Below, piece after piece: positions 27,616-36,295 of a stretch of 64,000 nucleotides of DNA. The stretch spans positions 3,159 to 67,158 of the forward strand of contig CAMOGA010000005.1 of the NCBI GenBank assembly GCA_946613885.1, in the 5' to 3' direction. The stretch's first letter is position 1, and every line of letters begins with the position of its first letter. A model generated the notes under the pieces. The model was not told the origin of the DNA and ran no database searches. It was given only the letters and a program-made list of their open reading frames with translations. Source of the DNA: an uncultured Pseudomonadota bacterium (GTDB taxonomy: Bacteria; Pseudomonadota; Alphaproteobacteria; Rs-D84). Made by a program: the position numbers and the translations under genes.

Positions 27616-27963
27616 ATGGGACAATTGGTATCAGATGTGACAAAAATATTAGATTATAATAATGCTAAGAAAGATGCAGAAAATCAGCGTCAGAAAATAT
27701 TAGCACAAATCGCATCAGATGAAAAAAACAAAGTAAATCTAATAAAAAAAGTGCTGTCAACGCAACGTGCCAAATACGGTGCAGATGGAAATTCTGGGGA
27801 CAGTTTTTCTGAAAATGCAGTTTTGAAAAGGTTGCGTAATGAAACTGCACAGCCGTATGATGATAAAAAGCAGGAGAATATAGAAAAAATAAGAAAAAAT
27901 AAAATAAAAAAACCAAATTTAATAAAAAATTGGTTGGCAAAACTAGATGATATAGCCGGTTAA
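27616..27963 (+). CDS. small charged protein, small terminase subunit candidate by position
   Basis: Strong RBS (aaaggagg). 115 aa, Lys-rich and coiled-coil-like, immediately upstream of the TerL ATPase ORF as T7 gp18 is. Confidence 0.3.
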   Translation: MGQLVSDVTKILDYNNAKKDAENQRQKILAQIASDEKNKVNLIKKVLSTQRAKYGADGNSGDSFSENAVLKRLRNETAQPYDDKKQENIEKIRKNKIKKPNLIKNWLAKLDDIAG

Positions 27964-27965
27964 AA

Positions 27966-28565
27966 ATGACAGTGGCTGATGCGTTGAATTTTTTGGATGT
28001 ATGGAATAAATTTATCGGATTACAAACGCCAATTCATCATCAAAAAATTATGCGATTTTTGGTTGATGTTTTTAATGAAAATCCCCATCGTGGGTTGTTA
28101 AATGCTTTTCGGCATTCTGGAAAATCTACGGTTGTGGGGATATTTGCCGCATGTGTTTTATACCATCATCCAAAAACCAGAATATTAATATTGTCTGCAG
28201 AATCTGGATTGGCATCCAGAATGGTTTCACATATCAAAAACATATTAGAAAACCATCCGTGGTGCGAAGGGATTTTGCCTGATGTGAAAAAAGAGTGGGG
28301 CAGTCACAAAATTACAATAAAACGCCCGGTTGGAATACGTGAACCTTCGGTTATATGTCAGGGTATCTCAGGAAATATTACCGGTATGCGTTCTGATTTA
28401 ATAATCTGTGATGATGTTGAGGTTCCAAATACATGCAATACTGTGCAAAAACGTATTAATTTGCGCGACAGATTGCGAGAACTGGATTTCATATTATCAC
28501 CAAATGGTGCGATGATTTATATTGGAACACCACACACACATGATACAATATACAAAACAGAATGA
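27966..28565 (+). CDS. terminase large subunit, N-terminal ATPase fragment
   Basis: Walker A FRHSGKST, Walker B DLIICDDVE, and coupling motif IGTPH. The ORF stops right after ...HDTIYKTE, where intact TerL proteins continue. Confidence 0.8.
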   Translation: MTVADALNFLDVWNKFIGLQTPIHHQKIMRFLVDVFNENPHRGLLNAFRHSGKSTVVGIFAACVLYHHPKTRILILSAESGLASRMVSHIKNILENHPWCEGILPDVKKEWGSHKITIKRPVGIREPSVICQGISGNITGMRSDLIICDDVEVPNTCNTVQKRINLRDRLRELDFILSPNGAMIYIGTPHTHDTIYKTE

Positions 28566-28566
28566 T

Positions 28567-29208
28567 TTAAGACAAAGATGATACAAATGTGCGTAATCTG
28601 TTTAACATCTTTTGACCGTTTTCACCAAACATTGGCAGATATGTTTCGTATTCTGGCATGTCTGCCTGGATTTTAGCACGATTGCGTTCTGTTAATGTTT
28701 CTGATAATAATTGTTGTGCAGAATCCCACAATTTGTATGCTGTATCTGTTTTTATGACGTTATCCCATTGTGCAGATAATTCAGAATCCGTCGCAATTGC
28801 AGATTTTATATCTGCGGCCCAATCGTTGCCAAATTTTTTAACTAATTGCATCTGTTTGATTGCATTTAAATTTTCAGATGTTGGTTGAAAACTGGATAAT
28901 GCACGTTTTAATTCGATAATTTCATTTTCTGACAAGGAAATATTTGTTTCGTGTCCCGTCATCATACCACCATAGGGCAACAAATCGTTGTCGATGGAAT
29001 CCATCGGGGTTGTGCCATTACGTAAATTGTTTATGTGTTTGATTAATTTTTTACCTGTGGGTAGATTTTCCAGTTCATGGATTACCTGTTCATCATTGGA
29101 TTCGGCAATAAAAACCTGATTTACAGCCGACCAACCACCGCGAATTACATGTTCTTGGCGATACAGGTTCAACAGGCGTTGTGCAACTACATGAGCCGAT
29201 TGCGACAT
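28567..29208 (-). CDS. hypothetical protein (last gene of the cassette inserted in terL)
   Basis: 213-aa ORF. Its stop lies 1 nt from the stop of the TerL-N ORF. No motif recognised. Confidence 0.5.
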   Translation of the reverse strand: MSQSAHVVAQRLLNLYRQEHVIRGGWSAVNQVFIAESNDEQVIHELENLPTGKKLIKHINNLRNGTTPMDSIDNDLLPYGGMMTGHETNISLSENEIIELKRALSSFQPTSENLNAIKQMQLVKKFGNDWAADIKSAIATDSELSAQWDNVIKTDTAYKLWDSAQQLLSETLTERNRAKIQADMPEYETYLPMFGENGQKMLNRLRTFVSSLS

Positions 29209-29235
29209 GGTTTCTCCCCCCTTGTAGTTAATCAG

Positions 29236-30243
29236 TTATTGCATGACAATCATAACGACTTTGTGCATGCTGGCACCAGATATTTTTTCATCTGGATTAG
29301 ATATATGACCGTATATTTTGCCATGCGAATCTTTTTTTACCAACACAATTTGTGCATCAGAGGTTTCGTCAGATGCCATTTTTGCAAAATCAGATGTTAT
29401 ACATACCGCCAAATCACCAGGTTTAGGTGTTAAACCACTGTCTGCGAAAACATATGCAGATTCTGGAATAAAACCGCCAACGCGTTTTGAATTTGGAACG
29501 ATGGCATAAATGCCACTGCGACCCTCCATCTCGGCAGGTGCAGCAATCATTGTTTCATCAGATTTTTTCAATTTAATACCCTTGGCATTTGGTGTACCAA
29601 ATACAGGAACCAATTTTTTGCGTGCGCTGTCATATAGTTGTGCGCCATATAAACCATCACTTACATTTAATCCGGACACAGGGTTCACAGGTTCCAATAC
29701 AGATTTTACGCGCGCAGTAACTTTGTTGATTTGTTTGGTTAATTCGCCAGAACTGTATAATTTGGCAATTTCATCAAACATTTGTGATGCGGTATACCCA
29801 AAAGCATTTGCCAACACATCAATTTCGTTTTCATAAACCTCACGCTGGCCAACCTCAATTTTATGATATACAGACAAGGTCATTTTTGCCGCCGCCGCTG
29901 CATCTGCGATGGTTTTTTCAGATTTTTGACGAATTTTACGTAATCCGGCACCAAATATCTTCAAACCGCCACCTTCGTTGTCGTTTAAACGGCGTTTGAT
30001 TTCTGTTTGCCACTTTTGTGCGCCAGCATCAGATTCATGGATAAATATATCGGATAACTTACAGCCCAAAATATTGCAAATATTCAAGATTTGTTTTTGA
30101 TTAAGACGACGTACACCTTTTTCAATCTTGGATACGGCAGATAAAGATAAATTCGAACGCCGCGCCAATTCGGTCATTTTCATACCTTTGGCAGTACGAA
30201 TATTGCGAATATTATTTGGAAATATAATTTCTTCTTGGGCCAT
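29236..30243 (-). CDS. double XRE-type HTH regulator with a cI/LexA-like C-terminal domain (catalytic motif not evident)
   Basis: Two HTH_XRE modules (NIRNIRTAKGMKMTELARRSNLSLSAVSKIEKG; LRKIRQKSEKTIADAAAAAKMTLSVYHKIEVG). The C-terminal beta-rich domain has the size of an S24 domain, but no G(D/S)SM Ser motif was seen. Confidence 0.7.
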   Translation of the reverse strand: MAQEEIIFPNNIRNIRTAKGMKMTELARRSNLSLSAVSKIEKGVRRLNQKQILNICNILGCKLSDIFIHESDAGAQKWQTEIKRRLNDNEGGGLKIFGAGLRKIRQKSEKTIADAAAAAKMTLSVYHKIEVGQREVYENEIDVLANAFGYTASQMFDEIAKLYSSGELTKQINKVTARVKSVLEPVNPVSGLNVSDGLYGAQLYDSARKKLVPVFGTPNAKGIKLKKSDETMIAAPAEMEGRSGIYAIVPNSKRVGGFIPESAYVFADSGLTPKPGDLAVCITSDFAKMASDETSDAQIVLVKKDSHGKIYGHISNPDEKISGASMHKVVMIVMQ

Positions 30244-30311
30244 AATTGAACTCCTTGGTATATATTGTTGACAAAATGATAGTCAATTTTTATGAATTTG
30301 GCAAGAAAAAT

Positions 30312-31862
30312 TTAAATGATATCTTCCGGAATTTCATTTATATCAACAATATTTTGGTTTTCGTCAGGTTGATTTTGTGTTTGTTGTTGATTAAATCCGT
30401 TGTCATAATCAGACGGTGTATCAAATTGATTTAAATTATCAAATAATGAATAATCGCCATTAAAGGACAAATGAACCGTTTCTGGTTTTCCATGACGGTT
30501 TTTAGCAATTATAACGTCTGCCTTGTTTTTCGCGTTGTTTAAGCGTTTGTGCCAATTTTGGATTACTGCATCAGATGCAGGACCAGATAACCTGTCTTCG
30601 GGCGAATGTCCGTTCAGATAGTATTCTTCACGGTATGTGAACATGACAATATCAGCATCTTGTTCAATAGATCCCGATTCACGTAAATCCGACAGAATTG
30701 GTCGCTTGTCATCACGATCTTCAACTTTACGTGATAACTGGGACAATACAACAACAGGAACATCCAATTCTTTGGCCAATATTTTTAGACCACGAGTGAT
30801 TTCAGATAATTCTTGAACACGATTGTCGTTGCGTTTGCCGCCAGGCGAAGACATCAATTGTAAATAATCGATAACAATTAATGCAATACCGCCAAATTGA
30901 CGTGCAATACGGCGCGCACGTGTTTTTATCGCAGGAACAGACACTTCGGATGTATCATCAATAACAATCGGAACCTTGGATAACGCATCAACATATTGGG
31001 ACATTTTCATAAAATCTTCGTCCGTTAGGTTGCTGCCTTCACGCATCATTGATGCCGGAATTTTAGATTGAGATGACAATATACGTGCCGCCAATTGTGG
31101 AAAAGACATTTCCAAACTGAAAAATGCGACCGCACCATGATATTGTTTGTTCGCACGTCCGTTTAATATTGCGTTTGCTGCATTAAATGCGATATTTAAT
31201 GCCAGTGTTGTTTTTCCCATCGCAGGACGACCAGCAATAATTATTAAATCAGAATGGTGCAGACCACTGATTGATTTATCCAAATCGTCCAACCCGGTTG
31301 TTAAACCAGATAATTTGCCATCAGCTTTATAAGCGGTTTCGGCCTCAGCCAGGGCGCTTTTTAATGCAGTTGCCAATGTGACAACATTGCGTTCTGTTTG
31401 ACCCGTCGATGCTAAATTAAATAATTTTTGTTCCGCAGATTCAATTTGTGTGTTAACCGGTTTGTCTAAATCTTCAACATAGGCATCATCAATAATAGAT
31501 TGTCCCAGATGTATTAAATCGCGTCTGCGTGCGTTGTCAAATACAATTTGCCCGTAATGCGCGACATTAACAACGGTTGAACCGGCAGATGCCAATTCTG
31601 ATAAATATTGTATGCCGCCAACAGATTCCAGTGTTCCCTGTTGTTCCAAGTATGTTTTTGCAGTAATAATATCAAACGGAACACCCACAGCAAATTGGCG
31701 CAGAGCCAATTTATAAATTTCTTGGTGTGCAGGATGTGAAAAGTGTTCTGGCAATAAAAATTCAGACACAGATTCCAACGCACGGTTATCCATCAACACC
31801 GCAGCCAGAACAGCTTGTTCTGCTTCTAAATTAACAGGTAAAGTTTTCGGGGTAAAGTCCAT
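30312..31862 (-). CDS. dnaB: replicative DNA helicase DnaB with a Q/N/D-rich C-terminal tail
   Basis: N-terminal P.NLEAEQAVLAAVL, Walker A GRPAMGKTT, IVIDYLQLM, SQLSR and RESGSIEQDAD. The start codon overlaps the start of the TerL-C ORF (CATG). Confidence 0.92.
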   Translation of the reverse strand: MDFTPKTLPVNLEAEQAVLAAVLMDNRALESVSEFLLPEHFSHPAHQEIYKLALRQFAVGVPFDIITAKTYLEQQGTLESVGGIQYLSELASAGSTVVNVAHYGQIVFDNARRRDLIHLGQSIIDDAYVEDLDKPVNTQIESAEQKLFNLASTGQTERNVVTLATALKSALAEAETAYKADGKLSGLTTGLDDLDKSISGLHHSDLIIIAGRPAMGKTTLALNIAFNAANAILNGRANKQYHGAVAFFSLEMSFPQLAARILSSQSKIPASMMREGSNLTDEDFMKMSQYVDALSKVPIVIDDTSEVSVPAIKTRARRIARQFGGIALIVIDYLQLMSSPGGKRNDNRVQELSEITRGLKILAKELDVPVVVLSQLSRKVEDRDDKRPILSDLRESGSIEQDADIVMFTYREEYYLNGHSPEDRLSGPASDAVIQNWHKRLNNAKNKADVIIAKNRHGKPETVHLSFNGDYSLFDNLNQFDTPSDYDNGFNQQQTQNQPDENQNIVDINEIPEDII

Positions 31863-32709
31863 GTCTATAAGGTTAAACGAAAATTTTGATAATTCAACAC
31901 CTTTTTTACGGGGGTATAAACAATTAAAAATTCCAATAATAGATATTGCCGGAAATTCAGCATGGCCAGAGGTGTTTCCATTAGAAAAAATTCATGAATT
32001 GGAAAATACAGTGGGAACACGACATTTTTCGGCTCAGATGATGTTAGAATATATGCCCGATGAACGCGTTCATTTAGATCCTGGGGCAATTAATTTTTAT
32101 TGTGATGATTTTAATCATCGTTTGGCGTGTATCGGTGTTCATGAAATTTCTGGTGTCAGTTTTTATTGGGATCCGTCATCTGGGCGTGCTAATTCTGATG
32201 GCAGTGTTTGTGTGTTAATTTATCGTGATGATAAAAACAGAAATGTTTTTGTTCATGATGTTTTATATATGCTGGTGGCAGATAACGATTTGTATCCATT
32301 ACGTAATCAATGTGAAACTGTTCTAGATTTTATGCAAAATAATTTTCTGAACAAAATAGCGGTTGAAATAAACGGAATTGGAAATGCTTTGCCAGAGATA
32401 ATTCGGACCAATGCATTAAAAAAACATATGCATGTAAATATAACACAAATTGCAAATCACACAAAAAAAGAAACCAGAATTTTAAATGCAATTGAACCTT
32501 TGTTAACCACAGGACATTTATACATGCATGAACGAATAAAACAAACAGTGTTGTTGTCTGAAATGTTGGCGTGGACACCGATGGGCAGCAAAGAACATGA
32601 TGATGGTTTGGATGCGCTGGCTGGGGCTGTGTCTGTGATGCCTGCACCAATCAGACCGATAAATTATAGCCAAAAATTAATTCAAGCAAATACAGAATTT
32701 CAAATATAA
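31861..32709 (+). CDS. terminase large subunit, C-terminal nuclease fragment
   Basis: WPEVFPLEKIHEL....FSAQMMLEYMP (end of the ATPase lid), then RNase H-like nuclease motifs FYWDPSSGRANSDGS and HDDGLDALAGAV. Immediately upstream of the portal gene. Confidence 0.75.
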   Translation: MSIRLNENFDNSTPFLRGYKQLKIPIIDIAGNSAWPEVFPLEKIHELENTVGTRHFSAQMMLEYMPDERVHLDPGAINFYCDDFNHRLACIGVHEISGVSFYWDPSSGRANSDGSVCVLIYRDDKNRNVFVHDVLYMLVADNDLYPLRNQCETVLDFMQNNFLNKIAVEINGIGNALPEIIRTNALKKHMHVNITQIANHTKKETRILNAIEPLLTTGHLYMHERIKQTVLLSEMLAWTPMGSKEHDDGLDALAGAVSVMPAPIRPINYSQKLIQANTEFQI

Positions 32710-32733
32710 ACAACCTAACCAAAAGGATAAAAT

Positions 32734-33975
32734 ATGGAAAAAAATCTTGTGCAATTATATAAACGTGCATTAAATGAACGTGAAATTTGGTTGCCCCGTT
32801 GGAAAAATGCTATGCGTTATACGGTGCCAACAAACGATACAGATGTTGCAACATTGTTTGATGCAACCGCATCAGATGCTGTTGATAATCTGGCGGCATC
32901 AATGTATTCTTTATTAACGCCACCTGAATCATTATGGATAAATTTGGTTCGTGAAAGTGATTTATCGCCAGACCCAGAAATTGCAACCAAAATGTTGCGG
33001 GCGCATTTAAATGATTCTAATTTTTATACAACTATACATCAGTGTTATATTGATTTAATTGTTTTGGGAACAGCGTGTTTGTTTATGGCTGAAAATCCAA
33101 TTGGGGCAAATTCAGCGTTTTCTTTTACGGCGATTCCAATGACAGATATTGCCATATTGCCGGGGGCGATATTTCATACTACGTCAATACCTGCATGCGA
33201 TTTGATGGAAAAATATCCAACGATAACTTTGCCAAACCATATGAAAGACACTGTAAAAAATAATCCAGAAACACCAATTAATCTGGTGCAATCATTAATT
33301 GGACAAGATTTTACTGCCTGGATTGATGTTGGCGGCGATTTTGAAAATAATGTTGTTGCGCGTGGAAAATTTGAAACAAATCCGTATATAATTTTTCGCT
33401 GGTCTTTGATTAGTGGTGAATTATATGGTCGTGGCCCAGTGTTGCGTGCGTTGCCAGATATAAAAACTGTTAACAAAGTTGTAGAATTGGTATTAAAAAA
33501 TGCAACAATCGCCGTCAGTGGTATCTGGCAGGCCGATGATGATGGGGTAATTAATTTATCAAATATAAATCTGACACCCGGCGCAATTATTCCCAAGGCA
33601 GTCGGCAGTTCAGGTCTGACCCCGTTGGCCAGCGGTGCAGATTTTGATGTGTCACAAATAGTTCTGCGCGATTTGCGTGACAGAATACGTCATACATTAT
33701 TGGCAGACAGGTTGGGTTTGTTGTCCGATAAAGAGATGACCGCTACAGAAATTTTAGCACGTAATTCGGATATGGTTCGTATCTTAGGTGCAACGTATGG
33801 TCGTTTGTTGCACGAATTTATTCGCCCGTTGTGTGAACGTGGATTGCAAATATTATCGCGTCGTGGATTAATTGATAAAATATCTTTGCACAGTGATGCA
33901 GAATTAGAATACATTGCGCCAATTGCACAAATGGCACGTGAAGAAATCTCAATCACAGGGGTTGATAATGAATAA
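32734..33975 (+). CDS. portal (head-to-tail connector) protein, T7 gp8-like
   Basis: LYKRALNEREIW...RYTVPT......A.DNLAASMYSLLTPPESLWINL parallels T7 gp8 VYERLKNDRAPY...QYTIPS......GLNNLASKLMLALFPMQTWMRL. YGRGPVLRALPDIK parallels YGRSYIEEYLGDLR. MTATEILAR parallels VTAEEIRYV. Confidence 0.8.
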   Translation: MEKNLVQLYKRALNEREIWLPRWKNAMRYTVPTNDTDVATLFDATASDAVDNLAASMYSLLTPPESLWINLVRESDLSPDPEIATKMLRAHLNDSNFYTTIHQCYIDLIVLGTACLFMAENPIGANSAFSFTAIPMTDIAILPGAIFHTTSIPACDLMEKYPTITLPNHMKDTVKNNPETPINLVQSLIGQDFTAWIDVGGDFENNVVARGKFETNPYIIFRWSLISGELYGRGPVLRALPDIKTVNKVVELVLKNATIAVSGIWQADDDGVINLSNINLTPGAIIPKAVGSSGLTPLASGADFDVSQIVLRDLRDRIRHTLLADRLGLLSDKEMTATEILARNSDMVRILGATYGRLLHEFIRPLCERGLQILSRRGLIDKISLHSDAELEYIAPIAQMAREEISITGVDNE

Positions 33976-34171
33976 TATTGAAAAACAATATGCGCAAACG
34001 TTTGTGACGGCATCGGGTAAACGGGTTTTATCCCATTTGCGAACAATTACTGTTGAACGCATTTTGGGACAAAATGCGACAAATGACGAATTAAGATGGT
34101 GGGCGGCACAGTGTGCATTGTTCCATCAAATTGAAAATTTAATAAATAGAGGAAATAATTCATCGCAGTAA
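33968..34171 (+). CDS. small conserved phage protein (Bbp19-like?)
   Basis: 67-aa ORF whose ATG overlaps the portal stop (ATGA). The pattern SGKRVLSHL.......ERILG....E......EG-like is recalled from small podovirus head-module proteins. Confidence 0.35.
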   Translation: MNNIEKQYAQTFVTASGKRVLSHLRTITVERILGQNATNDELRWWAAQCALFHQIENLINRGNNSSQ

Positions 34172-34226
34172 TAACAATACCAGGACATATTGCCGTAATT
34201 GTTTGTTATGAATTATTTAAGTAATT

Positions 34227-34487
34227 ATGAATAAAACACAAAATATTTTTAATATTGTGGACATTTTGCGCGATAGTTGGTTTTTAATCGCATTTATCGC
34301 AGGAATAATTTATTGGGCCGCACGTCAAGATTCTTCGTTGTCAGAAATTGAACGCCAAGACCAGCGAATAACAGCTTTGGAAAATCGAACGACAATCTTG
34401 GAATCTGGTATTGGACAATTGCAATTGAAAATTGACGGGATTAAAGAAGATGTGACGTTAATTAAAAGTGCGGTTATAAAAAACTAA
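34227..34487 (+). CDS. small TM plus coiled-coil protein (phage-associated, unknown role)
   Basis: One TM helix (WFLIAFIAGIIYWAA) followed by a heptad-like coiled coil. Last + strand gene of the module. Confidence 0.4.
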   Translation: MNKTQNIFNIVDILRDSWFLIAFIAGIIYWAARQDSSLSEIERQDQRITALENRTTILESGIGQLQLKIDGIKEDVTLIKSAVIKN

Positions 34488-34837
34488 ATCACGTTTTTTG
34501 CCCAATGTATTTTATGTCCGCAAACCATAATAACATCAAATCGTGCATCGCCGTGCCAATGTTTTTTTATTAAATAAGTTTCTGCGGCACGGCGCAGGCG
34601 CGCTGATTGACCTGGGGTTATTGCATCCCATGCGGATTGTATGGTTTTATGTGCTTTGACTTCTACAAAAACAATAGTGTTTTTATGTTTCGCAATTATA
34701 TCTATTTCTGCACGATTAGTATTTTTGCCGGTAATATATCTGTGCGCCAATATGCGGTATCCGTGCAGGCGCAAATACATGCGAACCAGAAATTCAGAAT
34801 AAATCCCAATCCAGTAAGATGTTTTATTAAAACGCAT
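34484..34837 (-). CDS. yraN: YraN-family (UPF0102) endonuclease-like protein
   Basis: G...E......L...GY.IL..R.......EIDIIA......VFVEVK pattern. Start set at MRFNKT. Confidence 0.75.
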   Translation of the reverse strand: MRFNKTSYWIGIYSEFLVRMYLRLHGYRILAHRYITGKNTNRAEIDIIAKHKNTIVFVEVKAHKTIQSAWDAITPGQSARLRRAAETYLIKKHWHGDARFDVIMVCGHKIHWAKNVI

Positions 34838-35606
34838 ATGGTTTTGCCTGGAAATTTTCACGAGATTTTTGGATGTTAATAGATGAATCTGTGGTGTTTA
34901 ATCCATTATCTGTTAAAACCAATTGACCATAATATGCACGCATCATTGGGTCATAGGCATTTTCAGATGAAATCCATTTGTCTTCACCAGAATTTGGTAT
35001 TCCGTATTTATCAATTACACCCTGCCAAAAAGCCAAAATCTTTTTTTCGCGGATGTTCGAAAATTTTTCATCACCACCATCCATTTGGTTAACATCATTT
35101 TTGTAAACGATTTTCCAAACAACATTGTCTGTGGCATTACTGGTCATGTAAATATCAATGGTTTCGCCGGTAAATGTACGTTCCAAATGTATTTCAGATA
35201 CATATAATAATCCACGATTTTTAGCCAACGAATATATGCATTTTTTTAATTGGTCTGGAATAAAAATATTGTTTTGACGACATTCGTAATCCAGATTGTA
35301 TTCCCATTCTTTGTTTATCGTGTAAACAATGCTGTCTTTTTGGCGCGGTGCATACAGTGATGAATTATTAAAAAACAGATTGTATACTTCATCATAATTC
35401 ATGCCCAACATTGCGCCGCCAATATCAAAATGTTTTACATCTAATACCCCCATGTCATCGTTTAAAGATACTGGTTCCATGTTCATATCATCATCTGTAT
35501 CATCAACAATAGCAAAATTGTCAAAATCTAAATTATCGTCAGCAATCGAAAAATTGCCCGAAAATATTATTGAACACACGGATATAAAAAATAATATTCT
35601 TTTCAT
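34827..35606 (-). CDS. secreted hypothetical protein
   Basis: Signal peptide MKRILFFISVCSIIFSGNFSIA and an acidic N-terminal region. Last gene of the bamA-downstream operon. Confidence 0.5.
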   Translation of the reverse strand: MKRILFFISVCSIIFSGNFSIADDNLDFDNFAIVDDTDDDMNMEPVSLNDDMGVLDVKHFDIGGAMLGMNYDEVYNLFFNNSSLYAPRQKDSIVYTINKEWEYNLDYECRQNNIFIPDQLKKCIYSLAKNRGLLYVSEIHLERTFTGETIDIYMTSNATDNVVWKIVYKNDVNQMDGGDEKFSNIREKKILAFWQGVIDKYGIPNSGEDKWISSENAYDPMMRAYYGQLVLTDNGLNTTDSSINIQKSRENFQAKPYAF

Positions 35607-35608
35607 TA

Positions 35609-36295
35609 TTATATGCCTTTGCTGCCTATGTTTGTGACCCTGAATCTGAACAAATTTACCGGATTTTGATTGCTTTTTAAATAATCCCTGATGTTTATTT
35701 TTTCACCATATTTATTGTGTTCACGTAATCCTGGTTCAAATAAAACCTCAATATGAATAATACCCTGGTCATATATTGGTTCTGTGTTCATATTATTTGA
35801 TTCTGGCCATGTGTATGTTTCATAATGAACAACATAATATACAGATTTTGTAGTATCAGATGTTTTGGTGTTAATATCATCAGGTGTGTGTAAAGGTGCG
35901 ATGCCACCGTCTGGAACACGTGCCATACGAAACATTTTTTTTGCAGACATATCGGTAATAAGTTTTGCCTCGCCGTTGGCCCATTCAGAAAACGCATTTG
36001 CCGAAGACATTTCAATCATTGTTGGACGTGATGTCACGTTCGCATCACCAGGCATAACCCGGAAATATTCAGATATATATTTTTTTATTAATTTATTACG
36101 TAAATCATCAGGAGATATTGTATCTATATCCTGTAATGCACCAACGCGTTGATTAACATTGTTGCCCATTTGAAATATATATGTTTTTATGTTTGAACGT
36201 TCATTTGCACGATATATTAACACACCAAATATCACCATGATAAAAACGATTATCAATAATAATATCCCCATAAAGAACGATTTTATTTTCATCAT
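35609..36295 (-). CDS. bitopic membrane protein, second VirB8-like paralogue (weak)
   Basis: N-terminal TM. LRNKLIKKYISEYFRV resembles the VirB8 helix-1 pattern, and C-terminal NPVNLFRFRVTNI resembles VirB8 NPLGFQVTSY. Overlaps the stop of the upstream paralogue. Confidence 0.35.
   Translation of the reverse strand: MMKIKSFFMGILLLIIVFIMVIFGVLIYRANERSNIKTYIFQMGNNVNQRVGALQDIDTISPDDLRNKLIKKYISEYFRVMPGDANVTSRPTMIEMSSANAFSEWANGEAKLITDMSAKKMFRMARVPDGGIAPLHTPDDINTKTSDTTKSVYYVVHYETYTWPESNNMNTEPIYDQGIIHIEVLFEPGLREHNKYGEKINIRDYLKSNQNPVNLFRFRVTNIGSKGI

Larger units (their letters stand above)
22286..34487 (+). mobile_element. defective or domesticated T7-like podovirus structural, lysis and packaging module with an embedded opposite-strand cassette
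   Basis: Same-strand genes recognisable as SleB-like hydrolase, holin-like protein, scaffold, gp10-like capsid, gp11- and gp12-like tail tubular proteins, TerL (two pieces) and gp8-like portal. No integrase, RNA or DNA polymerase, internal core or fibre genes in or next to the block. Confidence 0.65.

Noticed and set aside
28555-31875. Group I/II intron, intein or transposon as the cause of the terL split
   Set aside because: The intervening genes are on the opposite strand. No intron domain V-like sequence, intein splice motifs, transposase, inverted repeats or target-site duplication was seen at the junctions.
34827-35606. The 259-aa secreted protein as VirB9
   Set aside because: Size and signal peptide fit, but none of the beta-rich VirB9 patterns recalled from Agrobacterium VirB9 are visible. 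Left as hypothetical.
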